A DNA stretch of 64,000 nucleotides from Candidatus Lindowbacteria bacterium RIFCSPLOWO2_12_FULL_62_27 (GTDB taxonomy: Bacteria; Lindowbacteria; 2-12-FULL-62-27), in NCBI GenBank assembly GCA_001784175.1, contig MFPR01000044.1, forward strand, positions 1-64,000, read 5' to 3'. The position numbers and the translations under genes were made by a program. The notes under the pieces were generated by a model that saw only the letters and a list, made by a program, of their open reading frames with translations, had not been told where the DNA came from and did not search any database. Positions within the stretch are counted from its first letter, which is position 1. Each line of letters opens with the position of its first letter. Shown piece by piece: positions 45,175-55,336 of this stretch.

Positions 45175-47409
45175 ATGCACGTTCTGCTCATCAGTCTCAT
45201 CGGCCTTCTGGCCGCGTTTCCCGCCCATGGCGCCGAGCCTCCGGATGTCCTGCGCGTGTGGGCGATGGGGTTTGAAGGCAAGAAGATCGCGGATGTCGCG
45301 AAGGAGTTCGAAAACGCCAACGACTCCCGCGTCAAGGTCGTCACCCAGGCGATCCCGTGGAGCGGGGCGCACGAGAAGATCATGACGAGCGTCATCGGCG
45401 AGATTCCACCGGACGTGTGCCAGATGGGCACGACCTGGATGGCCGAATTCGCCACCATCGGCGCGCTTGAGCCGCTCGATGAGTTCCTCTCGCAATCCCG
45501 TGACGTCGACGTCTCGCGATTTTGGCCGGGCGCGCTCGAAACCAACCGCGTGCGCGGCCGGCTCTACGGCGTGCCCTGGTATGTGGACACCCGCATTCTG
45601 TTTTACCGCGCCGACCTTTTGCGCGCGGCCGGCTTTGACAAACCGCCTGAAACCTGGGAGGAGCTTCTGGCCGTTTGCCGCAAACTGAAAAAGACCGGCC
45701 CGGATGACAAGCCCGAGCGCTACGGCATCGCGATGTCTCCGAACGACTGGGGCGAGTTTCTGCCCTTCTTCTGGCAGAACGGCGGCATGTTGCTGAACGA
45801 CGAGATGACAGCGGCGGCGGTGGACCGCGAGACCTTCATCGAGTCGATGAACGTCTTCAAGACTTTTTTTGACGAGGAGCTTGCCCCGCTTCTGTCCCAG
45901 GGCGCCGGCATGGACCTGTTCCACGCCTTCAAGACCGGCTATTTCCCGATGTTTGTCAGCGGGCCATGGATGGTCTCCGAGATCAAGACCAAGATTCCCG
46001 AAGTCTCGGACAGTTTCGCCGTCGCGCCACGCCCCGGGAAGAAGAACCGGAAAAGTTTCATCGGTGGATGCAATCTGGTGACGTTCCAGAAGAGCCGGCA
46101 GAAAGCGTGGGCGCTTAAATTCATCGCCTACATGAGCCGGCCCGATGTCCAAGTACGCTGGTACGAGCTGACGTCAGATCTGCCGTCCGTCCGCGGAGCC
46201 TGGGACGCGGAGCCGCTCAAGAGCAACCGCCATCTCGAGGGATTTCATCAACAGCTCGAATGGACCCAGGCGCCGCCCAATCATCCGTCCTGGGAGGAAA
46301 TGGCGCAGACCGTCATCATGCAGGTCCAGGAGAAAATCGTCAGGGGGAAAATCACCGTCGAGCAGGGATATCAGGAACTCGTCGACGGCATCAACGGCGT
46401 GATCCAGCGCAGTTCCGCGCAGCAGAGCAACTCGCTGAAACTCGCCGTCTGCGGCGGCCTCGCCCTTCTCTTGATCCTGGCACTCGTCATCTACTTCGTC
46501 ACCGGCAAAGCCGAAACGGCGCCATCGAGCCAGACGCGGCCCGCACAGGCGGTCCCGTTTTTGTTTCCCGCACTGCTCCTCCTTTCAGTATTCCTGCTCA
46601 TCCCCATCATGGCCTCGCTCATCATGAGCCTGACCAACTGGGACATCTACAGCCTGATGCGCCTCAGCAACCTCAATCTGGTCGGGTTCGATAATTACAG
46701 GAAACTACTGACCCAGGACGAGGTCTTCAAACGCTCGGTCCTCAACACCTTTGTGTTTGTCCTCGTCGCCGTCCCGCTCACGATCTCCGTCGCGCTCGGA
46801 ATGGCGCTCGTGGTCAATTCGGCTCTGCTCAAATTCAAAGCATTTTTCCGCACGGGTTTTTTCATCCCGGTCATCACCACCATGGTGGCCGTGGCCGTGA
46901 TCTGGCGGTGGCTCTACAATCCGCAGTTCGGCCTTTTCAATCTGGGGCTGGAAAAATTGGGGCTCCAACCCCAGAACTGGCTCGGTGAGCCGCATCTGGC
47001 CCTGCCGTGCCTGATCCTCATGGCGGTCTGGAAAAATTTCGGATACAACATGATCATTTTCATCGCGGGCCTCCAAGCCATTCCGCACGTCCTCTACGAG
47101 GCGTCCGACATCGACGGCGTCAATCCTTGGCAGAGGTTCCGGCACATCACGCTGCCGATGCTGAAACCGTCCATGATCTTCGTCTGCATCACCACCGTGA
47201 TCGGCTATTTCCAGTTCTTCGCCGAACCCTACATCATGACCGAGGGCGGGCCGAACAACGCGACCAATTCGATCGTGCTCTACACCTACAATCACGCGTT
47301 CAAGTTCTACAACATGGGATACGCGTCGGCCATCTCGTATGTCCTCTTCATGATGACCCTGGTCTTCAGCCTGGCCCAGATCGCGTACGCGAAAAAATCG
47401 GAGGCGTGA
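45175..47409 (+). CDS. Fused sugar ABC substrate-binding protein and permease
   Basis: SBP: IPWSGAHEK, PDVCQMGTTW, YGVPWYVDTR. Permease: VGFDNY, LYEASDIDG (EAA loop), GGPNNAT, MGYASA. One continuous ORF. Confidence 0.9.
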   Translation: MHVLLISLIGLLAAFPAHGAEPPDVLRVWAMGFEGKKIADVAKEFENANDSRVKVVTQAIPWSGAHEKIMTSVIGEIPPDVCQMGTTWMAEFATIGALEPLDEFLSQSRDVDVSRFWPGALETNRVRGRLYGVPWYVDTRILFYRADLLRAAGFDKPPETWEELLAVCRKLKKTGPDDKPERYGIAMSPNDWGEFLPFFWQNGGMLLNDEMTAAAVDRETFIESMNVFKTFFDEELAPLLSQGAGMDLFHAFKTGYFPMFVSGPWMVSEIKTKIPEVSDSFAVAPRPGKKNRKSFIGGCNLVTFQKSRQKAWALKFIAYMSRPDVQVRWYELTSDLPSVRGAWDAEPLKSNRHLEGFHQQLEWTQAPPNHPSWEEMAQTVIMQVQEKIVRGKITVEQGYQELVDGINGVIQRSSAQQSNSLKLAVCGGLALLLILALVIYFVTGKAETAPSSQTRPAQAVPFLFPALLLLSVFLLIPIMASLIMSLTNWDIYSLMRLSNLNLVGFDNYRKLLTQDEVFKRSVLNTFVFVLVAVPLTISVALGMALVVNSALLKFKAFFRTGFFIPVITTMVAVAVIWRWLYNPQFGLFNLGLEKLGLQPQNWLGEPHLALPCLILMAVWKNFGYNMIIFIAGLQAIPHVLYEASDIDGVNPWQRFRHITLPMLKPSMIFVCITTVIGYFQFFAEPYIMTEGGPNNATNSIVLYTYNHAFKFYNMGYASAISYVLFMMTLVFSLAQIAYAKKSEA

Positions 47410-47413
47410 GATC

Positions 47414-48265
47414 ATGAAGGAAGAAACACGGGAACGCGTCGAAATGCGGTTTCGAACGATTTCGCTCTTTGTGTTTGTGATCTTCGCCACCGCCATCACC
47501 CTGATGCCCTTCGCATGGATGATTTCGACGTCGTTCAAGCCGGAAGACAAGATTCTCACCAAAACGCCCGATCTGATCCCCGCCCTCGATGTTTTCACCG
47601 ATACGCACTATGTGAAACTCTTCGACCAGGTCAACTTCATGGGTCATTTCTTCAACAGCCTCATCGTCACCCTCGGCGTGACCTTCTTCAGCCTCGCCGT
47701 CAACGCCGCGGCCGCGTACGCGTTCGCCAAACTGCACTTCCCGAAAAAGGAGCGGCTCTTTGCGCTCCTCCTCATCACCATGATGATCCCGATGCAGGTC
47801 ACGATGATTCCGAGTTTCATCATCCTGAAATACCTCGGGCTTCTCAACAGCTACGCCGGCCTCATCATCCCGGGCGGCGCCAGCGTCTACGGGATTTTTC
47901 TCCTCAGACAATTCATGATGTCCATTCCCAATTCCCTCCTCGAAGCCGCGCGGATCGACGGATGCGGCGAGTGGACGATTTTCTGGAGAATTGTCCTGCC
48001 GCTCTGCCGGCCCGTCCTCGCGACGCTCACGATCTTCACGTTCATCGGCGCATGGAACGATTTCCTCGGGCCGCTCATCATCCTCCTTGAAGAATCCAAG
48101 TACACGCTCCCCGTGGCCCTTGCGACCCTCAACGGCCAGTACGGCACCGAATGGGGACTCTTGATGGCCGGCAGCGTCATCGTCGTGGTGCCGGTCGTCA
48201 TCGTGTTCCTTTTGGTCCAGCGGCATTACATCAAGGGCCTCATGGTCGGGGGTGTCAAGGGATGA
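47414..48265 (+). CDS. Carbohydrate ABC transporter permease (MalG-type)
   Basis: AAYAFAK, LLEAARIDG, WNDFLGP, TLPVAL. Confidence 0.95.
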   Translation: MKEETRERVEMRFRTISLFVFVIFATAITLMPFAWMISTSFKPEDKILTKTPDLIPALDVFTDTHYVKLFDQVNFMGHFFNSLIVTLGVTFFSLAVNAAAAYAFAKLHFPKKERLFALLLITMMIPMQVTMIPSFIILKYLGLLNSYAGLIIPGGASVYGIFLLRQFMMSIPNSLLEAARIDGCGEWTIFWRIVLPLCRPVLATLTIFTFIGAWNDFLGPLIILLEESKYTLPVALATLNGQYGTEWGLLMAGSVIVVVPVVIVFLLVQRHYIKGLMVGGVKG

Positions 48266-50673
48266 CCGGCGGGCGCTGCGCGGTCCGCGAGGGCCGGCTC
48301 GAAGTCGACGGGCGGCCGTTTTTTGTCTATTCAGGCGAAATCCATTATTTCCGCGTCGACCCCGCCGAGTGGCCCGACCGCCTGCGGAAGGCCAAACGCG
48401 CCGGGCTGAACACCGTCAGCAGCTACATTCCCTGGCGATGGCACGAGCGGACGGAGAAAAAATTTGATTTCACGGGCCGGACGCATCCGGCCAGAAACCT
48501 GGTCCGGTGGATGGACGAAATCGTCAAGGCCGGGCTTTTTTTCATCGCGCGTATCGGCCCCGTTTCCAACGCGGAACTCATCCGCGAGGGGTTGCCGGAC
48601 TGGCTCATGGAAAAATACCACGAGGTCCATCTCGCCGGCCGGCCCCTGCCCGGCCTGCCGCATGTCACCATCGTCGCGTATCGCAGCCCCGTCTTCATCG
48701 AGAAAGTCTCCAACTGGTACCGCGCGCTCCTGCCGCGTCTTCTGCCGTACCACCACACCATGGGCGGGCCGATCATCCTCACGCAGATTTGCAACGAAAT
48801 CGGCATGGTGCACTGGCTCAACCGCGCGGCCGACTACTCGCCGCGGGCGGAAAACGCGTGGCGGGAATTTCTCAAAAATAAATATGGAGACATTTCCGAA
48901 CTGAACCGCGCATGGGGCGGAACCGGATCGCGAAAACGCCGGTTGGGGTCTTGGAACGCGGTGCGCCAGCCCGCAGGCGCGTTGGAGCAAACGCGCTGGG
49001 CGGAGGCCGCCGACTGGGCGCTGTTTTATCGAGACTATTATGCCGGCTATTTCGCCGCCCTCTCCGGGCAGGCGGCAAAGGAGGGCTTCACCGGACCGTA
49101 CATCGCCAACATTCCGCAGTTCTGGGATCATGACGTGCGCGGGCGCGGCACGCCCGCGCCGATGACGTCGTCGCTCTTTCGGGACTTCCAGAAAAAAACG
49201 CCGGCGCCCGTGCTCTTCGGCGGCGCCTACCAGATGCGCCGGCTCGACATCGACAATTTCCACGACATCGCGCTCGCCACCGAAAGCGTGAATCTCCTGC
49301 ACCCCGACGGCGACGTGCCCTCCATCTGCGCCGAGCTTCAGACCGGCATCATGCGCGACCGGCCGCGGCTCTACGGGACCGACGTCGAACTCAACCTCAA
49401 AACGTCGACGGCCCACGGGCTCGGCGGCGTCAACGGATACATGTTCTGCGCGGGTACGTCCACCGATGACATGGGGGCCTTCGGCCGGTATCACGAATGG
49501 CAGGCGGCGGTCGACTCGAAAGGCGCCGCCCGGCCGCATTTTGCGGAGATGGAAAGGTTCGGCCGATGGGTGAAGACCGCCGGCCGGAATCTGGCCGGAT
49601 GGAAAAAATCGCCGGACGTGGCGCTGGGAATTTATCTTCCGTATTTTTCAACGGAGTACTGGAAGGGCGAATGGGTGGAACGGCTGGCGTTTCGCCGGGA
49701 CCACTACTGGTTTGACGGGCTCGCCCGGTTGCTTGCGCTCAACAATTACAATTTTTCCTTCGTCGACATCTGCCGGTCCCTGGACATATCCACGCTCGTC
49801 GCGGCGCATCTTTCCAGAAGTCTCTGGGTCTTCACCACCGAATGTATGGACGCCGAAACGCAGCGCCGGCTCGTCGGTTTCGTCTCCGCCGGCGGAAGGC
49901 TTTTCATCGGGCCATGGATGCCCGCCTTTGATTTGACCGGCAAGCCCTGTTCGATTTTGTCCGAGGCCTTGGGCGTGAAACGCGTCGAGGTCCTTGAGGA
50001 AAAACGGGTGCGGATCAACGGCGGCGAGGGATGGTTTGACGGAAACCTCGTCTGCGCGCATTCCCCGGGGTCGGCTACGCTTCTCAAAAGCGCGGCCGGC
50101 CGGCCGGTGGCGTGGATCCGGAAGGCCTCGCGCGGCGCCCGGGGCGCGGCGCTTTTTTGCGGGATCCCCCTGCACCACACGTTCGATCCCGCCATCCCCA
50201 TGGTCCGGCGTCTGGCGGAGGCGTTGGCGGGCGAGCCTCGTGTCCGGGCACAGTCGGATGCGGACCTCCCGCTCGTCTGGCGCGGAACCGATCGTGAGGG
50301 GCTCTTGCTGGTCCCCAATTACCACGACCGGCCGGTCCGCGCGCGCCTCCGGATAAACTCGCCCGCATTTCACACGGATTGGCTGACCCTGCCCCCGCGC
50401 AAGGCATACTTTTTCCCGGTGAACTTTCCGCTGGACAACGGCCTGACGGTCACCGCGACCGGCGAGCTGCTTGACGTCAACCCGGCGCCGGGCGGCTGCA
50501 CGCTGGTTTTCGATTTTCCGGCCGGCCGGAACCTGCTGGCGGTCGGCCGCAATCGCCGGCGCCTTGATTTCGTTTACGGCGTGCAGGACCGTCAGCGCTG
50601 CGATGTGAAGATTCGAATTCGAGCGGGAACAGATCAACCCCCTCTCCCCCGGAGGGGGAGAGGGTCGGGGTGA
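48262..50673 (+). CDS. GH35-family glycoside hydrolase/transglycosylase with GH42-like trimerisation domain
   Basis: FVYSGEIHYFR, GLNTVSSYIPWRWHE, GGPIILTQICNE, AELQTG, YMF; ATG 48262 overlaps the upstream stop. Confidence 0.85.
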   Translation: MTGGRCAVREGRLEVDGRPFFVYSGEIHYFRVDPAEWPDRLRKAKRAGLNTVSSYIPWRWHERTEKKFDFTGRTHPARNLVRWMDEIVKAGLFFIARIGPVSNAELIREGLPDWLMEKYHEVHLAGRPLPGLPHVTIVAYRSPVFIEKVSNWYRALLPRLLPYHHTMGGPIILTQICNEIGMVHWLNRAADYSPRAENAWREFLKNKYGDISELNRAWGGTGSRKRRLGSWNAVRQPAGALEQTRWAEAADWALFYRDYYAGYFAALSGQAAKEGFTGPYIANIPQFWDHDVRGRGTPAPMTSSLFRDFQKKTPAPVLFGGAYQMRRLDIDNFHDIALATESVNLLHPDGDVPSICAELQTGIMRDRPRLYGTDVELNLKTSTAHGLGGVNGYMFCAGTSTDDMGAFGRYHEWQAAVDSKGAARPHFAEMERFGRWVKTAGRNLAGWKKSPDVALGIYLPYFSTEYWKGEWVERLAFRRDHYWFDGLARLLALNNYNFSFVDICRSLDISTLVAAHLSRSLWVFTTECMDAETQRRLVGFVSAGGRLFIGPWMPAFDLTGKPCSILSEALGVKRVEVLEEKRVRINGGEGWFDGNLVCAHSPGSATLLKSAAGRPVAWIRKASRGARGAALFCGIPLHHTFDPAIPMVRRLAEALAGEPRVRAQSDADLPLVWRGTDREGLLLVPNYHDRPVRARLRINSPAFHTDWLTLPPRKAYFFPVNFPLDNGLTVTATGELLDVNPAPGGCTLVFDFPAGRNLLAVGRNRRRLDFVYGVQDRQRCDVKIRIRAGTDQPPLPRRGRGSG

Positions 50674-50678
50674 GGGGG
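50638..50678. repeat. REP-like palindrome overlapping the 3' end of the GH35 gene
   Basis: CCCTCTCCCCCGGAGGGGGAGAGGGTCGGGGTGAGGG. Confidence 0.85.
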
Positions 50679-50680
50679 AG

Positions 50681-52732
50681 ATGTCGGCCCTGAATCGCCT
50701 CCCTCACCAGCTTCCAACGAAACCTGCTTTCGGCCGGTGGCTGATCGTGGTGGCTGCCATGGGCCTCTTCGGGTGTTCGTCGCCGCCGCAGGCGCCGCAA
50801 AAACTGACGGCCCTGCCGGACACCCGGCTCAAAGGAGAATGGTACACGCTGTACCGTGAAACATTTGACACGGGCGCGATCGACTCCGCCTGGGAACAGT
50901 TTCAGGGACCCGATATTGCCCGCCTGGCCCCCGCGCCCGGCGGATGGTTCATGGCCAACGGCCGCCTCATCGGAAAAAGCTCTGTAGCGATCGGACTGAA
51001 GAATCGAGTGCCCCTCGGCGGCGACATCGACATCACCCTCCGGTTCGCCCACCCGATTCAACTGCGCCGGTGGGGACTGGCCATCGGCAAGACGGGATTT
51101 CAGGACGGGTATGGCCTCATGGTGGACCGCGCGGAAATGCGGCTGACCCGAAACGGCCTGAGAAATCTCGCGGACGCCGCCGACATCGGCCGGCTGCCGC
51201 CCGCGGAATACGCCGAGTTGCGGCTGGTCCGGGAGGGCGGCCGAATCACGGTCCACGTGGACAACTTTGAGGCGATCAATTTTTGGGATTATACACCGAT
51301 CCTTTCGCCCGACGCGGAATCTTTGACGCTGGTCTGCGAGGAATCGAAACTTGAAATCATGGAACTGAAAATCCTCGGAAAAACGGTTCGGGAGCCTGAC
51401 GCCGAAATTCAAAAAATGGCCGAAGATTTCCGGCAAGGGTCCGCCGCCCTGTTCCTCGACGGCCATCGCAGGCTCAAACGGCCTTCCCCGGATCAGCCGC
51501 GAATGGATGTCATGGCCCTGCAGGCCGCCTGCGCGCTGGAGGATTATGGCGCGCTGGAAAACGCGCCGAAAGACTTCCCCCATCTGCCGGACGGGTTCAC
51601 GGAATTTTTGCGGTTCCACGCGCTCACGCGGCTGGGCCGCGCGGCGGAGACGGAGGAACGGGCGCTCAAAGAATGGATGGCCGATCCGCAGACGCTCAAG
51701 AATCTCCGGCTGGTTTTGCTCGAAAAAATAGCGGCGGCCAGACTGAAAAACGACGCCGGTACCGTCGACTCGGTCTATGATCTCCTTGCGCGTCTCTTCA
51801 AGAACGCCCGGGAATTTCTTGTGCCGGTGCAGTTGGAACAGGTGATTGAACTGGCCAATGCGGGCCGCAGGGAAAAGTGTTACGAAATTCTGGAGGCGCT
51901 CACAGCCGGCGGGATGGCCGGACAAAAGCAGGACTTGGCGCGGATCGTCATCGCCCGGGCCTCCATCGCAAAACGGCTGGACGACCGCCAGACCTTTGAG
52001 CGCGTGTTCAAATTCGCGGGGGAGCAATTGAAGGGCGTTCCCGGCGGAATCAGCTGGCTGTATTTGCTCAAGGGCGAGTGGCTCATGAGCCGGGGCGAGC
52101 ATGAGGAGGCGCTGGCATGGCTGGACAAGGTCATCAAGCTTTTCTCCAACGAGCCCGAACCTGTTCTGTGGGCGCATACCAACAGGGCAAAAATCCTGAG
52201 CAGGGAGGGAAGCCTCGAGCCGTTTCTGGCGGAGTTCCGGGAGGTCGCCGAAAACGACGCGTACCAGAAACCCGCCGCCATCGTCGAGGAGATTCTTCAC
52301 CGGGCGGAGGAAAAAAAATCGCGCGCGGCGGAGGAGGTCGCCCTTCGGGCGCGGACCGGCATCCGGTCCATCACGGTCTCATCCGAGGAGGTCGGCTTGG
52401 GCGGGCCTTATGCCATGGTCGACGGCTCGCTCAAAACGCGGTGGGGATCGGAACACGGAATCGATCCCGGCTGGATCGTCATCGAATTTCAAACGCTTCA
52501 TGAATTCAGCCGCATCACCCTTCACTGGGAAGTGGCGGCGGCCCGCGAGTACGATCTTCTGATCTCATCCGACGGCGCCCGCTGGGAAACCGTCGCAACA
52601 GAATCGGCCGGCCTCGAAGGCGCCGTGCGGTCGTTCGAACTCGAGCGAAAAGTCGGCCGGTTCCTGAAAGTATGGATGAAGCGGCGCGCGACGCAATGGG
52701 GGTATTCCATCTGGGAAATAGAGTGGTCATGA
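50681..52732 (+). CDS. Putative lipoprotein with TPR-like region and C-terminal F5/8 type C (CBM32/discoidin) domain
   Basis: LFGC lipobox; C-terminus AMVDG..KTRWGS...W..I...LHWE.A.A.EY...S.DG..W...WGYSIWE. Confidence 0.75.
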   Translation: MSALNRLPHQLPTKPAFGRWLIVVAAMGLFGCSSPPQAPQKLTALPDTRLKGEWYTLYRETFDTGAIDSAWEQFQGPDIARLAPAPGGWFMANGRLIGKSSVAIGLKNRVPLGGDIDITLRFAHPIQLRRWGLAIGKTGFQDGYGLMVDRAEMRLTRNGLRNLADAADIGRLPPAEYAELRLVREGGRITVHVDNFEAINFWDYTPILSPDAESLTLVCEESKLEIMELKILGKTVREPDAEIQKMAEDFRQGSAALFLDGHRRLKRPSPDQPRMDVMALQAACALEDYGALENAPKDFPHLPDGFTEFLRFHALTRLGRAAETEERALKEWMADPQTLKNLRLVLLEKIAAARLKNDAGTVDSVYDLLARLFKNAREFLVPVQLEQVIELANAGRREKCYEILEALTAGGMAGQKQDLARIVIARASIAKRLDDRQTFERVFKFAGEQLKGVPGGISWLYLLKGEWLMSRGEHEEALAWLDKVIKLFSNEPEPVLWAHTNRAKILSREGSLEPFLAEFREVAENDAYQKPAAIVEEILHRAEEKKSRAAEEVALRARTGIRSITVSSEEVGLGGPYAMVDGSLKTRWGSEHGIDPGWIVIEFQTLHEFSRITLHWEVAAAREYDLLISSDGARWETVATESAGLEGAVRSFELERKVGRFLKVWMKRRATQWGYSIWEIEWS

Positions 52733-52762
52733 AGGAATCACATTCTTGAACGGGGGTGCGGC

Positions 52763-53872
52763 ATGGCTGAGGTGACATTGAAGGGCGTGGCGAAAATCTA
52801 TGAGGGCGGGGTGCAGGCGGTCCACGACGTGAATCTGACCATTCACGACAAGGAATTCATGGTCCTCGTCGGGCCGTCCGGGTCAGGCAAATCAACCGTG
52901 CTCCGGATGGTCGCCGGGCTTGAGTCCATTTCCGAGGGCGACATCTCCATCGATGGCCAGGTCGTAAACCATCAGCCGCCCAAGAAAAGGGACATCGCCA
53001 TGGTCTTTCAGGACTATGCGCTCTACCCCCACATGAACGTCTTTGACAACATGGCCTTCGGCCTCAAAGTCCAGAAATATCCGATGGCCGAAATCCGGCG
53101 GCGCGTGGACGAGGCGGCGGCCATCCTGGAACTGACGCATCTTTTGGAGCGAAAACCGAAAGCGCTGTCCGGGGGTCAGCGGCAGCGCGTGGCGGTGGGC
53201 CGGGCGATCGTGCGGAAACCCAAAGTTTTTCTCTTCGACGAACCGCTGTCGAATCTCGACGCCAAGCTGCGCACGCAGATGCGGACGGAAATAAAAAAAA
53301 TCCACGCCAGGCTCGGCGCCACCATTATCTACGTGACCCACGACCAGGTCGAAGCCATGACCATGGGAGACCGCATCACGGTCATGGACCACGGGAAAGT
53401 TCAGCAGATCGATACGCCGATCAACCTCTACCAGCGGCCGGTCAACCGCTTCGTCGCGGGGTTTCTCGGATCCCCGCCGATGAACTTCATCCCTTGCAGA
53501 ACGGTCGATGAGGGAGGGGCGATTTATCTGGATGAGGGAACCGCCAAGATCCGCGTGCCGCAGAAATGGGCCGGGCCGCTGCGCGCCGCCGGACGCATCG
53601 GCCAGGAAGTCATCCTGGGAATCCGGCCGGAAAACATCGGCGACAAGCTCTACGTCCAGCCGAAATACCCGGACAGCGTGATGACGGCGACGGTCGACGT
53701 GGTCGAACCGATGGGGTCTGAAGTGTACTGCCTGTTGAAATCCGACAAGAACAACATTCAGGCCAGGTTCGGCGGGATGAGCCGCGTGCAGCCCAACCAG
53801 GAGATCGACATCGTATTCGATCTGGATGCAATCCACTTTTTCCATCCGGAAACCGGCGCGGCCATTGTATGA
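52763..53872 (+). CDS. Sugar ABC transporter ATP-binding protein (MalK/MsmX/UgpC family)
   Basis: [42 protein letters not shown]-like C-terminus. Confidence 0.96.
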   Translation: MAEVTLKGVAKIYEGGVQAVHDVNLTIHDKEFMVLVGPSGSGKSTVLRMVAGLESISEGDISIDGQVVNHQPPKKRDIAMVFQDYALYPHMNVFDNMAFGLKVQKYPMAEIRRRVDEAAAILELTHLLERKPKALSGGQRQRVAVGRAIVRKPKVFLFDEPLSNLDAKLRTQMRTEIKKIHARLGATIIYVTHDQVEAMTMGDRITVMDHGKVQQIDTPINLYQRPVNRFVAGFLGSPPMNFIPCRTVDEGGAIYLDEGTAKIRVPQKWAGPLRAAGRIGQEVILGIRPENIGDKLYVQPKYPDSVMTATVDVVEPMGSEVYCLLKSDKNNIQARFGGMSRVQPNQEIDIVFDLDAIHFFHPETGAAIV

Positions 53873-53890
53873 GTTTGACCGGGTAACCGG

Positions 53891-55336
53891 ATGGGCATTT
53901 GGAAATTACTCGACGCCGGCCGGGAAAAATTGCGGCTGGCCCAGGCCTCCCATGACCTCGGCTGGCGGGGGCTGCTGCTGGCTTCCTTTTTTCTGTTCTG
54001 GGCCGGCGTTTTCTTTGCCGTGGACCGGACGCTGTTTTATCCATGGATGGTGTTCCTCCCTCTGGCCGCCGCGCTTCTGTATGATCCGTCCTGGATATGG
54101 GCGGCAGGCCTGGGAATGTCGGCCGTCGGCATGGCGGCGGCGGTCGGCGAAGGGCTGTTCGCAACAACCAGGACGGGATGCGCCGCCGCTTTTCTCTTTT
54201 CTCTTTCGTCTCTTTGGATCGCCAGGGGAATCACAAGATCGATCGGACGGATCGACGACGCCCGCGTGATGGGCCGCGTCGCCGTCCGGGAGGCGGAGGA
54301 ACGGCTGACGGAACTCGAGCGGGTCAGCGCGCCGGAATTGTTCAAACACATGGAACAGCTCCGACTCAGACTTCAAAAATATGACCGGCTCAACCGCCTC
54401 CTGCTGGACGTGCCCGAGGGCGAGGGCCTGACGGAGGTGGCGGCGTTTTATGTGACGGAGGCCGAGAACCTGATCGGGAGGGGGCACGGCGAATTTTATA
54501 TAGAAAGCGACGAAGACAACATCCGGCTGGCCGTGGTCGGCGAGGGCGGAAAGGTTGACCCGAACGCCCGGCGCTGCCGGACCGTCGAGGACGCTGAAAG
54601 CCTCGCCGGATATTCCAAATGGTTGCTGCGCCCGCGGTCGGCCCTGGCGGAGCACAGCGGCGAAATCGCCACGCCGGTCGTTGTGGAAAACAGGCCGATC
54701 GGAATGATGAGGGTCGTCGCCCGGCGGGGAGAATTGTCGGAAACGGATTTGCGGACGCTGGACGGCCTCTCGATCCTCGCGTCGATATCCGTGATGAACT
54801 CGATCCTCTATAAAAGAATGGAACACCTCGCGAGAACCGACGGTCAGACAGGGTTGGGAAAGAGAATCGTGCTCGACGAAGCCCTGGCGGAGGAAATCCT
54901 TCGCGCGGAGCGGCATGGCCTGCGGCTCTCGGTCGCCATGCTCGACATCGACCATTTTCGGAATTTCAACAATAAATACGGACACCTCACCGGCGACTGG
55001 GTCCTACGGGAACTCGGGCGGTACATCCGCGAAACGCTGCCGCCGTACGCCGTTTCGGTCCGGTGGGGCGGCGAGGAGTTCGTCGTGCTTCTTCCGAACG
55101 AGGACGCGCAAAGCGCCGCCAAACGCATCGAGGGATTGCAGCAGATTCTCGCCGAACAGATGCGCATCCCGCCGGAAATCGCCGATGCGCCGGAGGAACG
55201 CGTCACCTTCAGTGCCGGAATCGCGCAGTTCCCGGAACATGCCCGGAAGGCCGACCTCATGGTCCAGTTGGCGGATGAGGCGCTCTATCGCGCCAAAAAT
55301 TCCGGCCGGAACCGCGTCGTGATCTATGGGTCCTAA
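53891..55336 (+). CDS. Membrane-bound diguanylate cyclase (TM, GAF-like, GGDEF)
   Basis: N-terminal TM helices, TDGQTGL, DIDHF, RWGGEEF, ADEALYRAK.SGRNRV. Confidence 0.92.
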   Translation: MGIWKLLDAGREKLRLAQASHDLGWRGLLLASFFLFWAGVFFAVDRTLFYPWMVFLPLAAALLYDPSWIWAAGLGMSAVGMAAAVGEGLFATTRTGCAAAFLFSLSSLWIARGITRSIGRIDDARVMGRVAVREAEERLTELERVSAPELFKHMEQLRLRLQKYDRLNRLLLDVPEGEGLTEVAAFYVTEAENLIGRGHGEFYIESDEDNIRLAVVGEGGKVDPNARRCRTVEDAESLAGYSKWLLRPRSALAEHSGEIATPVVVENRPIGMMRVVARRGELSETDLRTLDGLSILASISVMNSILYKRMEHLARTDGQTGLGKRIVLDEALAEEILRAERHGLRLSVAMLDIDHFRNFNNKYGHLTGDWVLRELGRYIRETLPPYAVSVRWGGEEFVVLLPNEDAQSAAKRIEGLQQILAEQMRIPPEIADAPEERVTFSAGIAQFPEHARKADLMVQLADEALYRAKNSGRNRVVIYGS

